DNA from: Macrostomum hystrix
Lineage: Eukaryota > Animalia > Platyhelminthes
Length of the DNA: 64,000 bases
Assembly (NCBI GenBank): GCA_950097015.1
Contig: CATNEN010000027.1
Span: 186,001-250,000 of the forward strand
Direction of reading: 5' to 3'
Part shown: positions 49,471 through 64,000 of the stretch, piece by piece
Layout of the letters: each line of letters opens with the position of its first letter
Position numbering within the stretch: the stretch's first letter is position 1
Made by a program: the position numbers and the translations under genes
The notes under the pieces: model-generated
Seen by the model: the letters and a program-made list of their open reading frames with translations, nothing else
The model's database searches: none
Told to the model about the DNA's origin: nothing

Positions 49471-50424
49471 TGAGTACCTTTGTCGTTCACTGAGTTAAGC
49501 AATGATCGCGCCATAAAAGTAAATTATTTTGTGAATAATGTTTTGTGAACGCATGCCGATATGCAGTTCAAGAATTGTCAATTTGGTTAAAATGTTTATC
49601 AGACTCTGGCTCAGTCGAAATCGCGGCCAGTACAACTCAGGTGTTGGACGCGCTGCAAAATGTAATGTCGTTACAAAAAATTCGATACTTTATTATGCTG
49701 CACAACAATATCCATCCAATATCCATCCCAAATATGTATTCAGTTAATCAAAGTCGGTTGACTTGTCGCTGTTCTTTGCATTAACTTGTCAATGCATTGT
49801 GCATCTACATTTTCGATTGAAGATTGCTAGTTAGTCCGTTAAATTTTGTGTCATTTTTCATATTTAACGCATATAATTTCCTAACTGAATTTTCCAGTTT
49901 TGTTTTTTATATTTATTAACGATCACAGTGGATGACGCATCAGGGCACCAACCTCATGTACCGTTCATCAGTACATTTCCTTATTGAGTGCATATATTTT
50001 CTAGAATTTTTCCTGATATCCTGATTATTTTGAGCTAACAAAATGTTTTTTCTGAGTACAACAATTACAGTGCACTTGCATTAAGCGTGATTTTTTAAAT
50101 ATCTAGCTTTTTCAAGAAATTCGAGGCCGATGAAGACAAAATCTCATGAAGTTTTGATCATTAAAATCTTTTTAAACTTTTAAATGAATGTCTTTTTCGG
50201 CTAGCAGAGTTCAAATGGCAGTTTTTTTACTTTATCTTAGAAACCTTGATACTCGCTTTGCGAGATTTCGAACAGTTGCACTTTTAGAAAAGAATCAACA
50301 CTTTTGATTATAAAAATTTACCGTTTCGTGTCTAAATAAATTTCTATGCTTCTAAATCGGCTTGTTTGACCAGCATAAATCCGCTTAAGTGTACCTCGCC
50401 TAAATCACCTCGTTATCTCTCCAT

Positions 50425-51588
50425 CCCAGCAGGTCATTGGGTAGGGTCTACACACCCATCAGGTCATTGGGTAGGGTCTACACACCCATCAGGTCATTGG
50501 GTAGGGTCTACACACCCATCAGGTCATTGGGTAGGGCCTACACACCCATCAGGTCATTGGGTAGGGCCTACACACCCATCAGGTCATTGGGTAGGGTCTA
50601 CACACCCATCTGGTCATTGGGTAGGGTCTACACACCCATCAGGTCATTGGGTAGGGTCTACACACCCATCAGGTCATTGGGTAGGGCCTACACACCCATC
50701 GGGTCATTGGGTAGGGCCTACACACCCATCAGGTCATTGGGTAGGGTCTACACACCCATCAGGTCATTGGGTAGGGTCTACACACCCATCAGGTCATTGG
50801 GTAGGGTCTACACACCCATCAGGTCATTGGGTAGGGCCTACACACCCATCAGGTCATTGGGTAGGGCCTACACACCCATAAGGTCATTGGGTAGGGCCTA
50901 CACACCCATCAGGTCATTGGGTAGGGTCTACACACACATCAGGTCATTGGGTAGGGTCTACACACACATCAGGTCATTGGTAGGGCCTACACACCCATCA
51001 GGTCATTGGGTAGGGTCTACACACACATCAGGTCATTGGGTAGGGTCTACACACCCATCAGGTCATTGGGTAGGGTCTACACACCCATCAGGTCATTGGG
51101 TAGGGTCTACACACCCATCAGGTCATTGGGTAGGGCCTACACACCCATCAGGTCATTGGGTAGGGCCTACACACCCATCAGGTCATTGGGTAGGGCCTAC
51201 ACACCCATCAGGTCATTGGGTAGGGCCTACACACCCATCAGGTCATTGGGTAGGGCCTACACACCCATCAGGTCATTGGGTAGGGTCTACACACCCATCA
51301 GGTCATTGGGTAGGGTCTACACACCCAGCAGGTCATTGGGTAGGGTCTACACACCCATCAGGTCATTGGGTAGGGTCTACACACCCATCAGGTCATTGGG
51401 TAGGGTCTACACACCCATCAGGTCATTGGGTAGGGTCTACACACCCATCAGGTCATTGGGTAGGGTCTACACACCCATCAGGTCATTGGGTAGGGCCTAC
51501 ACACCCATCAGGTCATTGGGTAGGGTCTACACACCCATCAGGTCATTGGGTAGGGTCTACACACCCATCAGGTCATTGGGTAGGGCCT
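50425..51588. repeat. 30-bp minisatellite (AGGTCATTGGGTAGGGYCTACACACCCATC)n
   Basis: About 39 units with no spacers. Confidence 0.97.
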
Positions 51589-51879
51589 TGAGTTTCACGT
51601 TTAATAAGATTTAAAAGTAAATATATTCTTGGCGATGGTATTAAGTGCAACAAAACCTTCAACTTAAAAAGGTAATTATTTTAATTTTTTAGATATTAGA
51701 TGTTTAACATTTTCATGAGCACATGATACAATCTGCAAATTAAAGTAAAACAAAAGTTTTTACTAGGCACCGCTGGATGAGATATCTGTGCGAATCGGAG
51801 AATCTGAATAGATAGCAATCGCCATAACAACAAAGACTAAATATTCGTGCATAGGTAAAATCTGTATATAGCAGCCTAA

Positions 51880-52190
51880 ACGATGGGGAATCCTGAAACG
51901 ATGATGAACCCCCAAATGATAAGGAATCCCCAAATGATTGGGAATCCCGAAGCGAAGGGGAATCCCCAATTGGTGGGGCGTCCCGAAACGATGGGGAATC
52001 CCGAAAAGATGGGGAGTCCCGAAACGATGGGGAATCCTGAAAAGATGGGAATCCCGAACGGTTGGAAATCCTGAAAAGATGGGGAGTCCCGAAACGATGG
52101 GGAATCCTGAAAAGATGGGAATCCCGAAACGATGGGGAATCCCGAAATAAAGTGGAATTCCGAAAAAAATTTGAAATTCCGAAATGATGG
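51880..52190. repeat. Degenerate 17-18 bp tandem repeat (GAAACGATGGGGAATCCY)
   Basis: Recurring GATGGGGAATCCCGAAA units. Confidence 0.8.
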
Positions 52191-52518
52191 GTAAATCTGA
52201 ATTTTTTGGAATTATCATGGACAATTTTAAAACAGTCGTTCAATGAGTATTTAGCTATTGAAATCGTGAAGAAGCTAAAAGTTATGTTTAAAATTGTACG
52301 AGTAGAAAGATAAAAAACAAATCCATTGTAAAAGCATCGATCAGCTCGATAGATTGGGCATAAAAGGGTAGACGCGGTAAAATATTACCAAATATTGTGT
52401 TTTTAAGTAAAACACTTCTAGTGACTTTAGATAGCATAGAAGAGCCTTTGAACAAAAGAACAGACGAATACCCACAGACACAGAACAAAGACCAATATAC
52501 AACAATTGGCAGCAGCTG

Positions 52519-57559
<5,041 letters not shown>

Positions 57560-59584
57560 TAAATACAATTAGTTCATTTTTACAATCCAGACAATAAAAC
57601 AGCACATAAAATTCATCTCATAGTTTATAATACGCTAATTTTTATGAATAGAATCAGCTAGTAAACGACAAGTTAATTTACTCCTTAAGAATTACTTCTA
57701 AAAAATTATCTTTGTGTTAGACATTCATAAATACAATCTAAAAGACTTTCAAAGAACATTTAAAAAACATTATTGCTTCTTTGAACAGAAAAATACTTAC
57801 ACGGTAGTATAGATATTGTATGTGGTAGGCATGTAATATATCTTTCAATAATATACATTAAATTTATTTATAATCGATTCCTGTCTCTTTTTTAAATTTC
57901 GATTTAAATTATAAACAGAAAAAATTATTTTGTTTCTTAAAAAATCATTTGAAGTCAACAAAAAATATAAAAGCTTGCGATACAGGAAATATACAAAAAT
58001 ACAAAAAATAAAGAACTACAATAATATTATTTCATAAGACTAAACTAACGACGCTAAAATTGGATATATATATACTTTTTATGTTTATCAGGATAATATA
58101 CAACACGTATGACTTGTTCACTTCTTTATTTTTATAGTATACAACAATTTATCTATTTCCTGCTGTAAAAAAAGATTAAAAAACGTTTTTTATTCCAAAT
58201 TCCCCTTTTTAAGAAAAACTTATTTTAATGTCTAGTCTAGGTAATGAATTAACGAATGCGTTAACGCTGATTTTAAATTTCTCTATTTCGTATTATCACC
58301 TATTACTCATTTTTCGTTTTTAACGACACACTGCAAACAAAATAATAAAAGGCTTTTAAATATTTTTATAAGATGCGTGAACGCATGCATTGAAATGAGA
58401 TAGCTGCACGATTTTTCATCATTCGGGGCATGCTTTCATTTTCAAATGCCAATCCTTTTATTTTTGTTCATCTCGTTTCGAACAGATAATATACAGAATG
58501 GTGCTCAAATAATTATTCCCTTCATTGATTTGAACAAATGCAAATGAAAGTAATTTATAGAAATACATCGTAAGGAGCAGGATTTTTCATTATTTTGTTA
58601 GCTAAACGAAATTTACAAATAAAGTTTTGTAACTTCTTTTATGAAACTGCTTTACACGTTGTTGAAGTAGGCACAACGTTTCGACTTCGTGATCTTTAGT
58701 GGAGGCAAATATTTAATTTCCGTGTTTAATTAATAACGATAAGTTTATTTCAAAATACAATGTTTGATAAAAACAAATGCGAAAGCGAAGCACGTGGCCA
58801 GCACACATGCCCATTTAATTATCTACTTTGTCTAATCTACAAAGGGCCAATATATTTCACTTTATTGGGCTTTGTCACGCAAGCAGGTATCTCAATTTCA
58901 TGCCGCATCGGTTTGGAAGTTTATTTGGAACTATGAATCAGCTAGTAACGCTTGCCAAAGCTGCGACAGTGCATACCGACCATTTTATTATTTATACGAT
59001 GGTTCTATCGATTGTTATAAATTTATGCGGGTCTCGGAGTTTCCTACTACGGCAGCTATAATCCCGGAAAATGATCAGTTGAACATCTTTATGTGCATAC
59101 GCCGTTATCAATTATGCACAGAGCACTGATGCCCAGTCTATAGCTCTATTTGAGCAGACAGAACTGAGTGTTCATTGTTTATGGGTGCCAAACCAAGCTA
59201 GTCCTTCTTGACTCGCAGTGTTGGCCTGCACTTTTAAGCAATAACCATCTTGGCATCTGACATTGCAGTGGACCATCTAAAGGTAGTTAAAGTATTTAAC
59301 AGGTTGATCAGGTAGACATCACGAAGTCATTCGGTATTCGTCAAAAGTTTCAACAAAGTTTCGACAGTACACGGCTGTCTGTAATTTAACTACCCAATAT
59401 CCAGAGTTTTCACTTTTCTGCAGTTTCGGAAAACGCTGAACAGAATTTTTGCTATTTCGTTTGATTCAATTTTGCTTTACAGCTCTGCATTATGCATGAG
59501 CTTTTCTACTAGGCGTCTGAGAATTGAGAACTTCACTCATCCGGGACCGCTTGCGTGGCTGAGATAAGAGGGGCCTGCATTTGA

Positions 59585-59585
<1 letters not shown>

Positions 59586-59630
<45 letters not shown>
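59586..59630. repeat. (CA)n microsatellite
   Basis: Seen directly in the sequence. Confidence 0.97.
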
Positions 59631-59633
<3 letters not shown>

Positions 59634-60361
59634 GGGATTCGTTTCGAGTGTGAACTCGGACACACTTGGACGATTTTTTTTGTTGTTTTTGTGTGTCTCC
59701 TCCTGTCTCGTCCGCCGTCACTGTGAACTGGTGGGTCCCTACTATAGCTATCAGACTGCAGGGAGTAGATCTTTCACTACTCAAGATTTCTAATGAAATG
59801 TTGCCCGGGAAATCGACACAGAGAGTGGCAGTCTCATCTCTGTAGCAATCGCCCATGCAGTTCCCCCTCAACCCCTTTGACCATTTCCCAGCTAAAATGG
59901 GAATCGATGTGGACTATTTGAGATCCCAATTGGTGAGTTAGTTATCAGTCTCAGTTCTCAGGTTGCGGTGGCTTATCCAATGTACGGTGATGAATTAAAT
60001 TGGACACGATGTGAAACTAGGCATTCTTCCCAAAGAGCCAAAAAAGGGATTATTTAAGGCACTAGCGGTATGCATATTTCATCGGCCAGTGCTGTGTATT
60101 CGGTGAAGAGGATATTGCTCCGCAAAAGAATAATCAATCTGTACATGTCTTTCGGTGTCTCTTGAAACCTTTTTTCCCAATTAGCCAGATAGAGGATTTG
60201 GGACTTTGGCATGCTGGGGATTTCGGCAATCCAGCCAATCACGTTGCATCCCGTTGGCACCAATCGAGTGGCTCTGAGAATCTGAAAGAAGTGAATAGAA
60301 AGGGGGAGACAGCATCCGGGTAGCAACCAGGGATTCATCCGAGCTCGGCAGCTGCTCAACC

Positions 60362-63181
60362 ATGGCCCTCGTCAATCGTCGCGGTTTCGAAGACTTCGAT
60401 GAGAGCTGCTTGAAGTTCAGCAAAAGCCATCCAGGCAAAGGTGGCGTCTGCCCCGGCCCCAACGCCTACTATTATCCCGCCCTGTCTGGCCCGTCCTACG
60501 GCCAGATCCAGCTGGCCACAACCAGTCTGGATGGCAACGGTCGGGCCGCGGTGTCTCTGGCCGCCTCCGGCGACAACCGCAAGCGGCCGCTGCTGGCGAG
60601 CGTCAAGCCAGACATCGAAACTGGCGGCAACGGATCGTCCGCCGTCGGTGCTGAAACGGCCGATCCCGGACCGTCGGCAGCCAGACGGCGTAGGGAGAAA
60701 TTCCTGTGCTGCTGCTGCGGTGTGCTCACGGCTGGGCTGCTGGCGGTCAGCGGCTTCCTGCTGCTCAGCTACCTGCCCGCGTTCCGGCCGCCGTCGTCAA
60801 ACTCGCCAGCGCCTTCAATGTCAGGCGGTGCGTCATGCGAAGGTCTCGGAGCAGCTTTCGGTGGTGGCGCGTCAACAGCATCAGCTGCGGGCCAGTCGCC
60901 GATTAGTCCAGACGGTGGAGTCTGCCTCGGTCACGCGTGTCTGAAGGCGGCCGCCGAGATGGAGGAGGCTCTCAATCGATCGATTGATCCGTGCGGAGCC
61001 GGCGGCGGCGACTTCTTCTCGTTCGCCTGCGGCGGCTGGCTAGCCGAGAACCACATGCCGCCCACCGTGTCCGTCTGGTCCAGGCAGGAGAAGCTGCTGA
61101 CGGCCACGCGAGGCCACCTGCAGGAGGTGCTGGAGGAGTCCGACCAGGCGTCTTCGTCTGGCCAGACTAGCTGGGAGGCCAAGCTAAGGACCTTCTACAA
61201 GGCGTGCGCCAACCTGGAGGACCCTCGGGTTGCTCAGTGCCACGCGGCGTCCGCGACGGCGCAGGCGACTGGCGAAGGCGCTGATGGCGGCGTCGGCGGA
61301 GGCGTCGCCGAGGACGAATTCCAATCGCTGCTGAAGCACTGCCAGAGGAAAGGAATGCGGCGACTGTGTGAGTCGGCTGGGATCTGGGCACCGACTGGCG
61401 TGGGTGTCAGGGGTCAGAATATTGGTCTGAGGTGGGGGTCAGAGAAGTGGGTCATGTTTGGGTCAGGTGGGGGTCAGGCTGGGATCAGGTGGGGGTCAGG
61501 CTGGGATCAGGTGGGGGTCAGGCTGGGATCAGGTGGGGGTCAGGCTAGGATTAGGTGGGGGTCAGGCTGGGATCAGGTGGGGGTCAGGCTGGGATCAGGC
61601 TGGGATCAGGCTGGGATCATGGGGGGTCAGGCTGGGATCAGGTGGGGGTCAGGCTGGGATCAGGTGGGGGTCAGGCTGGGATCAGGTGGGGGTCAGGCTG
61701 GGATCAGGTGGGGGTCAGGCTGGGATCAGGTGGGGGTCAGGCTGGGATCATGGGGGGTCAGGCTGGGACAAGTTGGGGGTCAGGCTGGGATCAGGTGGGG
61801 GTCAGGCTGGGATCAGGTGGGGGTCAGGCTGGGATCAGGCTGGGATCATGGGGGGTCAGGCTGGGATCAGGTGGGGGTCAGGCTGGGACCAGGTGGGGGT
61901 CAGGCTGGGATCAGGTGGGGGTCAGGCTGGGATCAGGCTGGGATCATGGGGGGTCAGGCTGGGACCAGGTGGGGGTCAGGCTGGGATCAGGTGGGGGTCA
62001 GGCTGGGATCAGGTGGGGGTCAGGCTGGGATCAGGCTGGGATCATGGGGGGTCAGGCTAGGATTAGGTGGGGGTCAGGCTGGGATCAGGTGGGGGTCAGG
62101 CTGGGATCAGTTGGGGGTCAACGACTGAGGTGGAGGTCAGGGGGTCAGATTATTGGTCTGAGGTGGGGGTCAGTGAAGGGGGTCATGTTTGGGTCAGGTT
62201 GGGGTCAGGTTGGGGTCAGGCGGGGTCAGGCGGGGTCAGGTGGGGTCAGCTTCTGCGAAGGGGTCAGTCGCCAATCTTCCACACATGTTGATAAACTGTG
62301 GCCTGCAGGCCAATATTTCCGTTGCACATGAAATTTCCTCTCCGATATACATATATATATTTCTATTGATAAATTGGAGTGCTGGGCCAAAGTCACTGAA
62401 ATTAAGTGCATTGCTTCTTGTCTGACTATTCCTATTTATTTAACCCATTGCCGCATCAAATCTGGATATTGATTGGGGGAACTAGGATCAACAATGAAGG
62501 CTTTATACGTAGCCAGGCTTAATGCCCCAATCATGCCAATTTATTTGACAGCCTTTGCCCGACCGGATAAACAGATGCGCTCGGATTGTAGACCTTGACA
62601 TGATTAACTCACAACTTCAGTGTGAGATGTCCATATTCAGTGTGAGATGTCCATATTCAGTGTGAGATGTCCATATTCAGTGTGAGATGTCCACATTCAG
62701 TGTGAGATGTCCACATTCAGTGTGAGATGTCCATATTCAGTGTGAGATGTCCATATTCAGTGTGAGATGTCCACATTCAGTGTGAGATGTCCACATTCAG
62801 TGTGAGATATCCATATTCAGTGTGAGATGTCCACATTCAGTGTGAGATGTCCACATTCAGTGTGAGATGTCCATATTCAGTGTGAGATGTCCATATTCAG
62901 TGTGAGATGTCCATATTCAGTGTGAGATCAATGATTTGTAAAGTCGAAGTACATGACAGCGGTCAGACAGTTTAACTGAAGCGCATTCAATAGTCCAGTA
63001 TCCTGGATATTTAGTGTGCTGTGGATGCAATGGGGCTTCCTATTCTCCACACAGAAGCCCCCCCATCTGTTCTCTAACAGCGGACCGCATCATCTGCATC
63101 GCAGTGGACCAAGGAGTGGACGCCCTGTTCAGACTGCGCGTGGTGGCCTCACCTTGGCAATCTGGCAAGCAAGTACTGCTG
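60362..63181 (+). CDS. M13 metallopeptidase (neprilysin/endothelin-converting enzyme-like), first two coding exons; gene continues beyond the window
   Basis: Type II topology: cytoplasmic tail, TM after RRRREKFLCCCC, then VCLGHACLKAA...LNRSIDPC...DFFSFACGGW...KLRTFYKAC. Exon 1 is 60362..61367 (donor GTGAGT). Exon 2 is 63081..63181 (SDRIICIAVDQGVDALFRLRV...VLL) and in phase. The catalytic HExxH is not in the window. Confidence 0.88.
61430..62250. repeat. G-rich 22-bp minisatellite (GGCTGGGATCAGGTGGGGGTCA)n in M13 gene intron 1
   Basis: About 35 units; explains the spurious Gly/Trp-rich ORF extension. Confidence 0.95.
62617..62928. repeat. 20-bp minisatellite (TCAGTGTGAGATGTCCAYAT)n
   Basis: About 15 units. 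Confidence 0.95.
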
Positions 63182-63519
63182 GTGAGTCTGGGGTGGGCAG
63201 GTGGATACCAGTACAGTTTTTGAGGCGGCGGAGGTTGGGCCGTTTGATATTTAACTGCTGGGAGCTGGCCATATATGGGATATGTTTTGCATTGCTACAT
63301 TATTTATCATATTATCTCCCTATCACAATGCCGCTCAGTTGACAGGCATTGTGATAGGGATTGTTTGTTTCATTTCTAGCCAGCCTCTGCCGCGTGTTGG
63401 CGGCTGCGAGAAATGAAAAATATGAATTTGTTTTTTACACTCTTGGAGTAAGTGTAAGTCCAGAATGAGTAAATTCACAATGACTCCAACAACAGTAAAA
63501 ACAAAAAGCAAGACTAAAC

Positions 63520-63985
63520 TCCCCCACAATGACTCCAATCACCCCACAATGACTCCAATCACCCCACAATGACTCCAATCACCCCACAATGACTCCAATC
63601 ACCCCACAATGACTCCAATCACCCCACAATGACTCCAATCACCCCACAATGACTCCAATCACCCCACAATGACTCCAATCACCCCACAATGACTCCAATC
63701 ACCCCACAATGACTCCAATCAACACACAAAGACTCTAATCACCCCACAATGACTCTAATCACCCCACAATGACTCCAATCACCCCACAATGACTCCAATC
63801 ACCCCACAATGACTCCAATCACCCCACAATGACTCCAATCACCCCACAATGACTCCAATCACCCCACAATGACTCTAATCACCCCGCGATGACTCCAATC
63901 ACCCCACAATGACTCCAATCACCCCGCGATGACTCCAATCACCCCACAATGACTCCAATCACCCCAAAATGACTCCAAAAACCAC
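63520..63985. repeat. 20-bp minisatellite (ACCCCACAATGACTCCAATC)n
   Basis: About 23 units, running almost to the window end. Confidence 0.95.
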
Positions 63986-64000
63986 ACACCCACAACAATT

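Noticed and set aside
50425-51588. 30-34 bp repeats with weak internal hairpins that superficially resemble CRISPR repeats (also 27765-29172)
   Set aside because: Units are directly adjacent with no unique spacers, there are no cas genes, and the context is eukaryotic.
58872-59129. SVWKF...CQSC resembling a BED zinc-finger start
   Set aside because: The downstream His ligands are absent, and there is no transposase ORF or TIR nearby.

Overview
Eukaryotic (animal) genomic DNA with spliced GT-AG genes, GC-rich exons, AT-rich intergenic DNA and about 24 different tandem-repeat arrays. This texture suggests a flatworm such as Macrostomum, which is an inference only. Host genes I could reconstruct exon by exon: COX19, a TLCD1/2-like gene, an F-box/LRR gene, VKORC1, an unknown 2-exon gene, an NR1J/HR96-DAF-12-type nuclear receptor, UGP2 and the 5' part of an M13 (neprilysin/ECE) peptidase. 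The most striking object is an 8,917-bp LTR retroelement (2081-10997). It has apparently identical 696-bp LTRs, a GAAG target-site duplication and a tRNA-Glu PBS. It encodes Gag plus protease but has no RT, RNase H or integrase. It also carries two small hydrophobic ORFs, each with its own TATA and polyA signals; one is antisense with a heptad-TM-Cys cluster-basic layout recalling FAST proteins or viral fusion-protein tails. The element sits inside exon 1 of an unknown gene with a RING-like C-terminus, whose frame is restored when the element is removed. Also present: a tRNA/CORE-type SINE family (4 copies), two hAT non-autonomous elements with 8-bp TSDs, a decayed Gypsy pol in an intron, higher-order minisatellite structure, and inverted minisatellite arms flanking the last exon of the nuclear receptor. 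All calls are by eye; no database search was run.
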